Virus record (IMG/VR): IMGVR_UViG_3300027747_003534
Span: 32,001 to 96,000 of that record
Length of the DNA: 64,000 nucleotides
Source of the DNA: a virus
Strand: one strand, 5' to 3'
Shown: piece after piece, positions 49,101-59,573 of the stretch
Layout: every line of letters begins with the position of its first letter
How positions within the stretch are numbered: position 1 is the stretch's first letter
The notes under the pieces: model-generated
Seen by the model: only the letters and a program-made list of their open reading frames with translations
Databases searched by the model: none
Told to the model about the DNA's origin: nothing
Translations under genes and position numbers: made by a program

Positions 49101-51191
49101 GACAATCCTGGAAAAGCTGGTTTATACGGAGCAGGTACTATTAATAACTTAGCCGGACCTGTTAATGTTAAGGAAGATCCTGAATTGGTTCCATGGAATT
49201 TTGGAGGTATGGAGAATTTGGATTCGTATGTTTGTAAAACAATAGATAATGATGCTGCTTATCAACAAGTTCATGAAAATGGAGAATTAGGGATAGTAGG
49301 AATAGATACTAGTTTAGGATTGGTAGGAGATGTGTTGGTCGCTGGTGGTCCTTTAATATCTAATATTGTTGTTAATATTGCTGAAGATGGTATAACATCT
49401 AATTATACGCTAAGAACATATACTAGAAAATTAGGATTTTTTAATAAAGACAACACCGATAGGTTCAAGCAGCTTGCACTAGATAATTTTAAACAAAAAA
49501 AAGCTTTGAATGATTCTATTAATACAGCACAAAATGTATTAAAGGCTAATTTTGCAAAAACTATGGAGACTATTAGTAGTAGTGATATTCCTAAACAATT
49601 AAAATGGAGTCCTGGTAAAATTCTATTTGGGGCAAACAGGACTCATATTCATCCGGATTCTTCAGCTGTAATAGCCGGCTATAGTCCAGATTGGCATATG
49701 GCTCCTTATGGGCAAGCAAATACTAATCCAGTTGATTTGCCAAGATATGTAGGAGATATTGGGCTATATGAAACTGATGAAGCTCCAAGAGAACTTTTAA
49801 CAGACTATGATAGAAAATCTATTATGAGCTTAGATGGTATATTATCTCCTATTTCTTTTTATCCTAGTCCTTATGGATCAACATATAATATTACTAAATA
49901 TCCTAGAAGTAGATGTCCTATATGTTTAGGAGCAGGAACGTATTCTTATAAAAAATTAAATAACCCAACAATTAATAACTCAAGCTCATTTAGCACAGTA
50001 ACTAATAGCATTGAAGTTGTATCAAGCGTAGCTTGTGGATTTTGTGAACTAGACGATGAAAAAACTAAAAATAAATATATTGGGGCCTCTCCAAAAGAAA
50101 CTACTCCTCCATTTGTTATAGCGAGTGGTAATGATCTGGAAATTATTTCTAGAAATAGTATGTCTGCTTTGAGCGGAATTAGTGGTAATCCTATTATCAA
50201 TTATTCAACACTAAATCCAGTTTTATTAATGAGTGGAGAATTTGGTTGTGAACAAAATAGACAAAGCGGGGATACTGTTCCTCATTGTATAGATATGGTA
50301 TCAAATGGAATAGCTCCTCCATTTGGTGATGACAGTTTAAAACTATCCTATAGTGCTAATATTAATCATTTTTATAATCCTATAGACTATAATTATAATA
50401 ATTACTGCTCTCAACGAGGTATAACAAAACCAAGCTATACTGCAGTAGCTGGTTATTCTAATACCGAGAATTTACCGGCTAATAATATGAGATTTTTTGG
50501 CTTACGGGGGCCAGTAATGGTTCATGGTTGGGGTTATGATACCGAAGGATATCCTGTACCGAATGCTTCTGGAGAATTTTTACTAGATAGTAATGGAGCT
50601 ATTAAAAAAGACTCAGACAACAAGCCCCTGTATAAAAACCAAACACAAAATGTTGATGGCTCTTGGACGAAACCTTATAGAGAACATAAATTTTTTAAAG
50701 GTTGGGGTCAAATGCCAGGAACTTGGCCTGTTGGTCCAATAGATCTTAGATGGGATGCTAAGGCCAAAGTATGGACTGTTGGAGCTAATTATAAAAATGT
50801 ATGGATTAAAATAGAAAATGATTTAGTAAATAAACAACCGTCTAGAGGAGAAATAATAAGTGATCTAAATAATAACCCTTTGCCTAGTGGTCTTAGAAAA
50901 TTAGTTTTTGTAAAAGATGAATTGCAAATTAATCCCGCCCCAAGAGGAGCTCAAATTTATTGTAAATATGATAGTGATAGTGGTTTTTATCAACCTATTT
51001 ATAATAGACCATTTATAACATCAGGAATTATACAGGGAGGAACTACTGTACAATTATATCAAGTATTTAGTAGTGGCCAGATCACTTACACTACAGCATT
51101 TGATAACCCTATAGGCTTTAGTGTATCTCAGGGAAATAAAGGAGTTTTTGTTTATATAGATAGTGCGTGGGTTTTACAGTCACATAGTTAG
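46173..51191 (+). CDS. Putative baseplate hub / central tail-tip (Tal-like) protein
   Basis: N-terminal FLGCSI..F...L.WG...S...I.V and FGGLIKSW hub-like motifs; CPIC..CGFC Zn finger; position after the Dit-like pair. Confidence 0.55.
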   Translation: MSLVQTQFLGCSITKFNFNLAWGEDNSQANITVVYDDSKSSSSVANQADSVKTSLINRMSSNGDIPTQNSYIISQSIPSDMSVSAKKRRWPTNSTVSTTSEEADPNFIGLNYDIIGCPARFKYDTNLEFGGLIKSWKTVGSVSGKDMYEVTLQGYSTLLNNSYLIINNYIGSISDFVDSDWASPMIVDTVGGGTPTLYQGNIPNVFNVYGSYESAVFGSSLKNDRGMSAKQIYNFLRNSFSSQNQYNPYGGLVTKTVANFGGSIIGTSSLQDQGLCRDISCADSIQRSLFSIDISDIPIPPDTLYIPNSVISIGEFIRILCEGAGCDYSVIFINSTSGNFTGTIKIKTVSRRSIPSPNALKIQINNLINQNSSKISSYSYGQEISDNPLRLMYIGGKQKRLYQALSTNLSQTQTTMVYDPYKGVFMGLPAATVNQYMVPDRKFTRRFNSWTEGVGYVGQQATATDFYSTVNLGSVYSRWKNNYEGVDSSSNSSTSNSNYAIYNDIISPYFGMNGDTYSDSGAGNFSGTENNYSYSDARKVYWDKETNQLMIVFIKNDITRVLSNPYYDASSFIVIENELRAAGAGFESWFTYCFDNFFSTNIESLMKGYFSSTYGGNSYFKAISIIKWNSIGKQSGSMSFNNHPGNINIDNANAYVRAFYQDLNKVWEIMKKVHDTYYGKSYMVRTPSVLYYQDPESGQYFYNWQISTDGAWEENGTFIDDTMVIGSTVADTFRDEVGKIKPILGFNANADKSTKDDWLDTQLQASAAGGMGAMHAVIQKEYRKFTSRAEQNKFFYFPLEHNLSPSDYTYIQYASPSVQNQGYSFPSVNDGSFTTPKGDSIPQGYSYKMYVAASAQEQLVYIDGTPRVVMSIDQPIKLGGGKNECERSLVFTMLHDAILASKYNRTFKSGFDSTKIRDGALLSWFLCGNARISNDINTTVSVNDSGPNIPIEPKATCPAFAAIPIQFNLATYGPWIDNPGKAGLYGAGTINNLAGPVNVKEDPELVPWNFGGMENLDSYVCKTIDNDAAYQQVHENGELGIVGIDTSLGLVGDVLVAGGPLISNIVVNIAEDGITSNYTLRTYTRKLGFFNKDNTDRFKQLALDNFKQKKALNDSINTAQNVLKANFAKTMETISSSDIPKQLKWSPGKILFGANRTHIHPDSSAVIAGYSPDWHMAPYGQANTNPVDLPRYVGDIGLYETDEAPRELLTDYDRKSIMSLDGILSPISFYPSPYGSTYNITKYPRSRCPICLGAGTYSYKKLNNPTINNSSSFSTVTNSIEVVSSVACGFCELDDEKTKNKYIGASPKETTPPFVIASGNDLEIISRNSMSALSGISGNPIINYSTLNPVLLMSGEFGCEQNRQSGDTVPHCIDMVSNGIAPPFGDDSLKLSYSANINHFYNPIDYNYNNYCSQRGITKPSYTAVAGYSNTENLPANNMRFFGLRGPVMVHGWGYDTEGYPVPNASGEFLLDSNGAIKKDSDNKPLYKNQTQNVDGSWTKPYREHKFFKGWGQMPGTWPVGPIDLRWDAKAKVWTVGANYKNVWIKIENDLVNKQPSRGEIISDLNNNPLPSGLRKLVFVKDELQINPAPRGAQIYCKYDSDSGFYQPIYNRPFITSGIIQGGTTVQLYQVFSSGQITYTTAFDNPIGFSVSQGNKGVFVYIDSAWVLQSHS

Positions 51192-51198
51192 GTTATCA

Positions 51199-54100
51199 AT
51201 GAGTAGTTGTTACATATTCAATAAATCATTATTAGAAAGTGTTAATTATAGTCAAGCTACTATTAATACCACAGCGTTATCTGCACTAATACCTGCTTTT
51301 GATAGCAGTACTAGTGGACTTTGGTTACCTATCATTATATCTTCTTCAACATTATCAGATGTTGATTTTTTAATACAACCAAAAAGTAATCCTTCACAAG
51401 TATCATTCGATCCCACAAACTGTACAGATGCTAGTAGCTATGATTATGACACATTACAATTAGATGCTTCTTTTAATTGTTCATATTGTAATAATTTTTT
51501 GACACCAGATTATAAGGCAACTTGGAATCTGACAGATGCCGATGGTGCCTCCAAGGGTCCTTTTACATCTGATTGTTCAAGTGGGGCCTGTGATACAAGA
51601 ATGAGGAAAGATGATTATTTACAAAAAATACCAATACTGAACCAAAATTATTTGAATAAATTTTTTGATTTCAAGTATCTTAAACAATTCCCAGCAGCAT
51701 CAAATCCTGGATTAGGTTTTGGTTCATTTATAACATTTCCTCAAAATTCTTTAACTAGCATATTTTCCCAATCTCCACAACTAATAATAGATTGGAGAAT
51801 AAAAGAAACTATTGATGAAATACCATACGATTTATCAACCTCTCAATATAATTCACAGTATGATCATGACAAAGCTTATAATAAAGCCAAATATTTATCT
51901 CAAACATGTGGTAATTTTATACATAGAAGTTCTTTAAATGAATCAGAATCAAATATTAATAAATTACTACCAGATGTTGATAACTTTATAACTCCATATG
52001 GTTTTGATAAAGATACTTACCATAATATTTTTATTAAAACAAAAAAAGTAGCATCTTATTGGAAATGGAATTATAATTCTGGTGTTTTATGCTGGTATAG
52101 ATATTTTGATACAAATAAAACTTCGGATACTAGACCAATAAAAGGTGTTGATTTATATATTTCTCCTGGAGATGTTTTTTATGCAACGAATGACGGACCA
52201 GAACCAAATAATACTATAACAGAATTTGATAGTGCTTCAAATGCAATTAAACCATGTCCCTCCGGATTAAAAATTATAAAAGCATCAGGAGTAGCTGAAA
52301 TTATTCCATCAGGATCAGCATTTACCTACATATCTGCTAATATATATTCTAAATTTAGGTCTATTTATAATAGAATAAATAAAGCTGTGAGCGCTGATGG
52401 CTCTAGTAAAACAGTACAACAAAAATTTGATTTGGCGGCTTTGTTGGCAACAGCTCCAGAATATGATGAAATAACAGTTGATTTAACAAAAAGGAATGCA
52501 TCATATTCATATATAATTAATAATTATTTTCAAATTTCCGGATTAAATATAGATATGTTATCTGGTACTGAGTATGGATCAGTCGGTAAACTTAACTATA
52601 TTAAAAACTCTGGAGATTTAATTAATACATTAGCAAATAAATATGGGGCCTATCTATGGTGTCCTCATAATACCACATCTACTATACAATTATCTAATAA
52701 TATTAATCATCAATGTTTAATAGATTTAGATTTCGACGTTGTTGCTTCAATATCTGATGTGAAAATGAGCTCAAATACTTGTACGCCAACAACAGACTGT
52801 ACCGCTAATACATTGCAAAAGAATTTTAGCTATTCTCAAAAGTTTGTTGTAGGAAATGTCACATTTGAATCTCGTTTAAATACAGGTACCCAATATAAAG
52901 CTGTTTGTAAAAATAATGCTATGGTAAAAACAAATAGTATTCAAACAGCAGGGTTACTATTAAATAGTAGTACAATAAAAGAGGTTCCCTATAATAGTGG
53001 TTGTTATACTTTTTCAGATAATTATCCAAGAATACTCGTAAATGGACAAACTCCTGCAAATAGCTGTTGTAATAACTATAATGATTCGGATAACTATCCA
53101 TGTAATTTTTGTGATCCAGATAGTACGTATTATTTACCAAATGTCAAGGCAAATAAGATATGCACAGAATATACTGGTAATGACAGCTGGTGCGATCAAA
53201 GATCTGCTTTTGGAGATAGGCCCGCTAGGAATATTCAAAACAATACCTTATATTATAAACGGTCTTATCCTGCTGCTGCATTTAATCCGCATCTTGACTA
53301 TGTTGCTTTTCATCATCAAGGAGGAGTATTTTTTAAAAATAACTTATTTGGTGACAACATTAGCGGAACAACAGCATTCGGTAGTAACTCATTATTTAAT
53401 GATACCAATGGAGGTATTTGTAAGCTAGAATTTACAACTAGTAATGTTGGTATTAAGATATATTCTTTAAAAATAGAAAAATTAAGAGGTAGCTCATCAG
53501 ATAGCGCTGGTTGTAGAGCATTCCCCATATCTAATAAATGTAAATGTTTTAATATGTTAAAGGTGACTGATTTTCCTTATAGATGCGGTTCTTCACAAAT
53601 AACATATGGAGCTGGTAGTATATATACCCCTAATCTTTCTACACAATTTAGTCCACCAGTTAAAGCCTATGGCGGATATTCATTAAATGATATTAATAAA
53701 TTGTTAGGAGGAGGAGAAATTTCAAGTCAAATTGCTGCTCTGAAAAAAGAAATTAATAATTTAAGCGAAACTATAAAATTTATGGAATTAGCTGGATTAT
53801 CAATAGATAAAGATGGAACAACTCTTGAGTCATATAAAAATGATAGAACATCAAAAAGAAGTACATTAAATGGCCTAACTCAAGCCTTAGCTGAATTTAG
53901 AATTCCCGGCCACCCTGAACCAGAAAATATTTTATCTTCAGCAAGTAAATATATTGATCCTATTTACCCATATGGGAAAAGTAGATCCGTAACAGCTACA
54001 TTAAATAATTATGTTACAACATATTATAATATAACTTTACCATCTTATAATACTGTTCATTCAGATATTTGGGCTGAAATTATAGAAGATATAGATTTAT

Positions 54101-57100
54101 TCAAACCTACTATACTTAATGAGTATTTTGAAATTACAGGAATGATTCCAATTGGAAATGAAGAAGGAATTCCGATTATCGAAGGAGGAGCTTCTCCTAA
54201 TCTGGGCTACCAAAGATTTGCAAATGAAGTTATAATTGATAATACAACATTATATTCTAAACAGAAAAAAAATATAGCTTCAAAAGGAAATACTTTTTCT
54301 AATACTGTATCTATATCTATAACTAATCCATATCTTGAAGCATTAGCGTCTAGATACGAACTATATCCTCCTTTTGGTAGTTTTTGTCAAAAAAATATTT
54401 TTGCATCAAGAGGGGATGAGACATCTTCTGTTTCTATAAAGTTTTATAAAATACCACGAAAACAAATTTTAAATTTTTATATCAAAAAGCCAAAATCTCT
54501 TGGAGTTTTGAAAAAGGGATTTTTTCATCCTAATAAAGGCCTAACTTCTGACTCTAGCTATACAGATAAAACCCCTATTATTCAATATGATACATATAAT
54601 TATATTATAGACTATGATAAAGATAATTTTTCTCCAAGTGCTCAATATAGCACGAGTGGAATTGTATTATATGGAGAAATGAATGATACTATACGAAGAA
54701 CCATAAGTCAGATTAATGATTTTGATAATCATAGAAAATTAAGACTATATTTATTTATTAATAATGGATGGTATGAATACAGCATTCCAAATATAGGAGG
54801 ATTTTATAACAATAATAATTTAAGTATAGGTCCACCATTTGTATTTGAATATTTAAATAATGAAAAAGATACAACAGCAATAGGTCCTTGGTTGCCAGCA
54901 GTTCCTAAAAAAAATATTGATTTTAATTTTATTTACAATTATCCTATAAAAAATATTGATGATCCAAATTTAATTTTTATTAATAATAAGTACTTACTAA
55001 AAATTAGCAAAAATACAAATAATGCTAAACAAATAATATTAGAGGGAGTAAGACCATATTTTTATATTGCCGAAAAAGATTCTGCTACTACTATTGCTAG
55101 TTCTACCATTGAAAATATGACTTCTGATGAGCAAGAGTCTATAACGTATAGCAATCCTGAAATTAAATTAGGTGATGGATTAAGATATAGATATATTGAT
55201 GGTCCTAAAAACCAAGCAAGTTCTTATATTTTTTCTGATTATAATTATTTATATACTAATTTTAGCGATCTACATATTGACTATACTTCAGCTAATCAAT
55301 TAGGATATGTATATAATACTAAAAAATTATGCAACCAAGAGATAGTAATAGTTGATGCTTCAAAGCCTAGTAAACAATATGTGGGTAAAATAATAGAAAA
55401 AAATATTTATGCACATGTTGTTGATCGATATGGCAATAGAATAAAATCAAGTAGTTCATCTAAAGATCAATATATCAAAATATATACTGAACTAGTATTA
55501 GAGAATAATTTACGATATGATACTGCATATTTAGATTTTAATAGGCTATACCAAAATGACCAAAGCGCTGATGGTATGGATTCTTTCCTTGTTTTTAAGG
55601 ATTTAAAGTCTTCATTGGGTCTTAAAAAAGAGACAGATCATGTTTTATATAATCCTATTATAGAAACTAAGTGGGGAGACTTGATAGGTTTTGATGACCG
55701 AAAACAGATTAATGAAATTACTAGCTATATATATAATAATAATTATTTAAATCAATTCTATCCTTCTTCGCCATATCTTAATCATTTTTATAAAACAATC
55801 ATTAATAATGCTAATTATTCTAATCATAATTTTTTATTAAAAACCTCAAATAGTAATATTAATTTATCTACGACGGGGCTAGTTTACTATACTATTCATC
55901 AAAAATATAATGTAGACTACTATAAAGATTTAGCTAGATATGACTATTTACCTATAAATAATTATCTGCCCTTTATAGATATTAATATTTTGCCTAATCC
56001 TGGTGAAAGTAGTAATACTATTAGAAGTACTATAAATTCTTCTTTTAATTTTACCAATAATAAATTATGGTCTGGGATAATTAATATTAGTGGAATATAT
56101 ACAAATTTAGAAAGTAATCATGATTGGGCGGGTTATTTATCTCCAAGAGCAAATCAAAAAGAATATTTTTGGATTAACTTAGATTCACAAAATAAACTAA
56201 AATCATCCTTAACATTACAAAGTTCGGTTGGAGGTTTTTATTCTAATACATTAAGAATTAATGATACTCCTCTTCAATTGACGTCTATTACTTATAGCGG
56301 AAGTAATCTTCCAAGTACTCCCACTGATGGATGTAGACAAATGTTTAGGGCAGGAGGTATTACTTTGGGTGATATTACTATTCCTAACAATTCTGTATTC
56401 GATTTTAGTCATTTTACAAGTTCGTCTACTGGAGGAGGTACTTTTGCAAGGTATCCTGTTTATTGTGATTCTGATACTCTTACTGGTTGTGATAGTAAAA
56501 CATGCGGCATTAGTACTGTTGGTTGGGATAGTTTCTCATCAACATACACAGCATATACCCCTAAACAATTATCAATATCAGATATTGCAAAAAAAAATGA
56601 TATTCCATATATTTTATCATATGATGGAGGATTTTATAATCCAATAGGGAATAGTGGAGTTAATTATATTCAAAGATTTGAACTTAATCCAGATAGTACC
56701 TTATTTCAAGAGTCATTATGTAACTCTACAAATATTCCAAGACCAAATGATGCTAAAGTTTCTGTTTTAAATGAAGAATATCAAAGCATGCTTTCTTCTA
56801 GTATAGTTACTGATCATACAGCTCTTGTAAATAATACAGATACTTTAGCTAATGAGATGTTGTTTCGTCTAATATATGGAGAACAACAAAAAATTAATTT
56901 AGAAAGAATAGATAATTTAAGTGATTATATTAAAAATAAAGATTTATACAAGTATATAGAGCCAGAAATTGAAGCTAAAGATATATACAAAAATATACCA
57001 TATGATTTAGATAATACAGCCGATTGTTCTGATCGTAAAATAAATGGATCTATATCTATAGATGGTATTTTAGCATTAAATAAACAGGTTGATGTTACTA

Positions 57101-57999
57101 TTGGTAATGTAGATATGCAATTTAGAATAGAAAAAGATGATAATGGAATAGTTAATATTAGACTATATTGTTCGTCATTATCTGCTGGATATATAGATTC
57201 AAAAATTTATGAAGAAAGAACTACTGGAACTAGTCTTATAGTGGCAGATAGTGTTGTAAGTGGACCTGGAATTACCCAAGTAGCAACCTGTACAGAAAGA
57301 GGCCAGTTTGGCTTGACTCTTTCAAAAGCAATAACTTCGGCTACTGTTACTAATACTCTTGATTGTAGTAAGCCACCGCAACTAACCGCAACAGCTGAGT
57401 TTCCAATAGAATTAAGTGATTATGCGTGTTCTGGTACTAATTACCCTGGAGATCCAACTAGAGGTTGCATCTGCGAAAGGGGTTTACCAATATATTATTC
57501 AAGTCATCAAGCTTGTTCTGACAGAAATGATTTTTCTTATGATTATCCGGTCAATAGAGGAGTTGGTCCGTCTGTTGCTGTTGGAACAGAATTTACTAGT
57601 ACAGAAACTACTATTATGGTTGGTGACGGCGACAAGAGCAGAGGAGTTTTTAATAGGTGCTTTAATGGATCCACGTCTCTACTTAATTGCGGAGTAAATA
57701 CAAATCTTGGAGGTATAGAAGATATTCCTAAAACTACCGCTGTTAAGGATTATACACCAAGTTTTGATTCTTCATCGGGTGACAGCGACACATCCTGTCA
57801 TTCAATTGACGACGCTCGATTTAGTCCTTTTGGAGTTTTTTATCCTCCAAACCCAGGATCTACTGCAGATGCTTGTGAGTGTCAAGATTATACATATGGA
57901 TATTGTAGACGTGGTAGTTGCGCAGGAATTTCAACGTTTCCTTACTCTTTTGAATATTGTAGACATTCTATAACTTTAATGGGATATAAAAAAAGATAA
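51199..57999 (+). CDS. Very large Cys-rich virion (tail-tip) protein
   Basis: About 2266 aa from the ATG at 51199 (the track's GTG at 51163 overlaps the upstream gene); clustered Cys; in the structural operon. Confidence 0.5.
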   Translation: MSSCYIFNKSLLESVNYSQATINTTALSALIPAFDSSTSGLWLPIIISSSTLSDVDFLIQPKSNPSQVSFDPTNCTDASSYDYDTLQLDASFNCSYCNNFLTPDYKATWNLTDADGASKGPFTSDCSSGACDTRMRKDDYLQKIPILNQNYLNKFFDFKYLKQFPAASNPGLGFGSFITFPQNSLTSIFSQSPQLIIDWRIKETIDEIPYDLSTSQYNSQYDHDKAYNKAKYLSQTCGNFIHRSSLNESESNINKLLPDVDNFITPYGFDKDTYHNIFIKTKKVASYWKWNYNSGVLCWYRYFDTNKTSDTRPIKGVDLYISPGDVFYATNDGPEPNNTITEFDSASNAIKPCPSGLKIIKASGVAEIIPSGSAFTYISANIYSKFRSIYNRINKAVSADGSSKTVQQKFDLAALLATAPEYDEITVDLTKRNASYSYIINNYFQISGLNIDMLSGTEYGSVGKLNYIKNSGDLINTLANKYGAYLWCPHNTTSTIQLSNNINHQCLIDLDFDVVASISDVKMSSNTCTPTTDCTANTLQKNFSYSQKFVVGNVTFESRLNTGTQYKAVCKNNAMVKTNSIQTAGLLLNSSTIKEVPYNSGCYTFSDNYPRILVNGQTPANSCCNNYNDSDNYPCNFCDPDSTYYLPNVKANKICTEYTGNDSWCDQRSAFGDRPARNIQNNTLYYKRSYPAAAFNPHLDYVAFHHQGGVFFKNNLFGDNISGTTAFGSNSLFNDTNGGICKLEFTTSNVGIKIYSLKIEKLRGSSSDSAGCRAFPISNKCKCFNMLKVTDFPYRCGSSQITYGAGSIYTPNLSTQFSPPVKAYGGYSLNDINKLLGGGEISSQIAALKKEINNLSETIKFMELAGLSIDKDGTTLESYKNDRTSKRSTLNGLTQALAEFRIPGHPEPENILSSASKYIDPIYPYGKSRSVTATLNNYVTTYYNITLPSYNTVHSDIWAEIIEDIDLFKPTILNEYFEITGMIPIGNEEGIPIIEGGASPNLGYQRFANEVIIDNTTLYSKQKKNIASKGNTFSNTVSISITNPYLEALASRYELYPPFGSFCQKNIFASRGDETSSVSIKFYKIPRKQILNFYIKKPKSLGVLKKGFFHPNKGLTSDSSYTDKTPIIQYDTYNYIIDYDKDNFSPSAQYSTSGIVLYGEMNDTIRRTISQINDFDNHRKLRLYLFINNGWYEYSIPNIGGFYNNNNLSIGPPFVFEYLNNEKDTTAIGPWLPAVPKKNIDFNFIYNYPIKNIDDPNLIFINNKYLLKISKNTNNAKQIILEGVRPYFYIAEKDSATTIASSTIENMTSDEQESITYSNPEIKLGDGLRYRYIDGPKNQASSYIFSDYNYLYTNFSDLHIDYTSANQLGYVYNTKKLCNQEIVIVDASKPSKQYVGKIIEKNIYAHVVDRYGNRIKSSSSSKDQYIKIYTELVLENNLRYDTAYLDFNRLYQNDQSADGMDSFLVFKDLKSSLGLKKETDHVLYNPIIETKWGDLIGFDDRKQINEITSYIYNNNYLNQFYPSSPYLNHFYKTIINNANYSNHNFLLKTSNSNINLSTTGLVYYTIHQKYNVDYYKDLARYDYLPINNYLPFIDINILPNPGESSNTIRSTINSSFNFTNNKLWSGIINISGIYTNLESNHDWAGYLSPRANQKEYFWINLDSQNKLKSSLTLQSSVGGFYSNTLRINDTPLQLTSITYSGSNLPSTPTDGCRQMFRAGGITLGDITIPNNSVFDFSHFTSSSTGGGTFARYPVYCDSDTLTGCDSKTCGISTVGWDSFSSTYTAYTPKQLSISDIAKKNDIPYILSYDGGFYNPIGNSGVNYIQRFELNPDSTLFQESLCNSTNIPRPNDAKVSVLNEEYQSMLSSSIVTDHTALVNNTDTLANEMLFRLIYGEQQKINLERIDNLSDYIKNKDLYKYIEPEIEAKDIYKNIPYDLDNTADCSDRKINGSISIDGILALNKQVDVTIGNVDMQFRIEKDDNGIVNIRLYCSSLSAGYIDSKIYEERTTGTSLIVADSVVSGPGITQVATCTERGQFGLTLSKAITSATVTNTLDCSKPPQLTATAEFPIELSDYACSGTNYPGDPTRGCICERGLPIYYSSHQACSDRNDFSYDYPVNRGVGPSVAVGTEFTSTETTIMVGDGDKSRGVFNRCFNGSTSLLNCGVNTNLGGIEDIPKTTAVKDYTPSFDSSSGDSDTSCHSIDDARFSPFGVFYPPNPGSTADACECQDYTYGYCRRGSCAGISTFPYSFEYCRHSITLMGYKKR

Positions 58000-58002
58000 A
58001 TT

Positions 58003-59115
58003 ATGAGTAGCGTATCTTTTACAGAAAAATGCATATGGAGTTTCAATCAATCATCTCCAGCCAAAACTTATTATATACATAAAGCAATAACAACAACAAA
58101 TAATCCAAATTATACTCCGTCATGTTCTCAAAAATTATGCGATATAACATATGATAATAATAAAATAACCGTTATTATGGGAGGAGGTAAAAAGGTCTGT
58201 ATACCAATTACTATTACAAATTCTTGTCCGTCTATTATTGTTAAAATTCCTAATGATACTTTCTCTGTTGTTGATTCTATTGATAGCGAATGTTCTAATG
58301 ATAGTATAGTATCAGATTCTGCTACAACTAGTGATTTTCATCCTAATTGGGAAATAATTACAGAAACTAGAACATGTGTACTTGGATATTTTTTGATAGG
58401 AGGTAATCCAAATTCAAATGGCCCAATGCCTAATATAGGAGGATGTATTCGTTGTCCTGGTTCGTCTCAATCAGGTGATCAGTGTGCTCCGCTTTGCGAC
58501 AGAGAGTGTGGTTATGGTAATTGTGGAGCATCGGGGGATGGGTCTAGACCATGGCATGTTTATATTGGTAGAACAGAAGTAGCTTTTCCAGTAGAAACAT
58601 CAAATGCGGAAGTCAATGCTCTTCTTGGGTCGCAATGGAGAAGTAATATGAAGCAGCTATTTGATAATATAGCAGCATGTAAGAATACAATTCCTGGAAA
58701 TATTCCCAATGAGGAACTTTTGCTTAATGATCCTAGAGTATATTCTGTAAATGATATAGTAGAAGGAATAGTACCAGGAACATGCAAGTTAGGTTCTGCA
58801 ACACTAGAATACGATGCAACTATGTATAGAGCAACTGATACTGGTGCTATTTCAGCAGCTACTAAAGTTTATGTTGAAGTGGCATACTATACCTATGACT
58901 ATAGACGTCCTAAAAATATTCAAGATATTTTAAAAACAGAAGAGATAACAAAAAAATGTAATGAGAAATCTTCTCAATGCGATACGTCATTGAGAATAAC
59001 CTCTAATTATAAGAATATATCTTGCAATAATACGCCATCATGTTATGATACTAGTACTACTAAATGTCCTGATGATCAATATTGCTGTAGAGCTAATAAA
59101 ATAGAATTTTTATGA
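58003..59115 (+). CDS. Cys-rich putative virion protein
   Basis: 370 aa with about 20 Cys; begins 3 bp after the upstream stop. Confidence 0.5.
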   Translation: MSSVSFTEKCIWSFNQSSPAKTYYIHKAITTTNNPNYTPSCSQKLCDITYDNNKITVIMGGGKKVCIPITITNSCPSIIVKIPNDTFSVVDSIDSECSNDSIVSDSATTSDFHPNWEIITETRTCVLGYFLIGGNPNSNGPMPNIGGCIRCPGSSQSGDQCAPLCDRECGYGNCGASGDGSRPWHVYIGRTEVAFPVETSNAEVNALLGSQWRSNMKQLFDNIAACKNTIPGNIPNEELLLNDPRVYSVNDIVEGIVPGTCKLGSATLEYDATMYRATDTGAISAATKVYVEVAYYTYDYRRPKNIQDILKTEEITKKCNEKSSQCDTSLRITSNYKNISCNNTPSCYDTSTTKCPDDQYCCRANKIEFL

Positions 59116-59573
59116 TAAACTCCACATACTGCGAACTAAAACCATTAAATAGTTATTATAATAATAAACCATTATATAAGTGTGACTATTGTGGACTAAC
59201 TGTTGGGTTAGAGAATCCAGAAACACAAATCTTATGTTTCAAAAAAATGGAGGATATATCTACCTTAATACATAATGTTCATAATAATCAAAATAAAAAT
59301 GATATTTTTCATATTGATGATAAAGGATCTTTAAAGGATAGTATTTTAGAAAAAATTGAAAAAACCTCTCTGGTAAAGGAAAATGACAAGAATATTTGTT
59401 CACAGGAACAAATTGAGCAGCGACTGAGCATTTGTAAAGGGTGTGAATATTATAGGGATGACTCTTGTTTATTATGTGGCTGTGTCGTTGTTAGAGACTC
59501 AAACTATCAAAACAAATTAGCCCATAAGGATCAAAAATGTCCGGCAGATAAGTGGGGCGTTATCGTAGATTAG
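59112..59573 (+). CDS. Cys-rich metal-binding protein (DUF6171-like C-terminus)
   Basis: CDYC plus RLSICKGC...CLLCGC...K...CP.DKW; ATGA overlap. Confidence 0.6.
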   Translation: MINSTYCELKPLNSYYNNKPLYKCDYCGLTVGLENPETQILCFKKMEDISTLIHNVHNNQNKNDIFHIDDKGSLKDSILEKIEKTSLVKENDKNICSQEQIEQRLSICKGCEYYRDDSCLLCGCVVVRDSNYQNKLAHKDQKCPADKWGVIVD

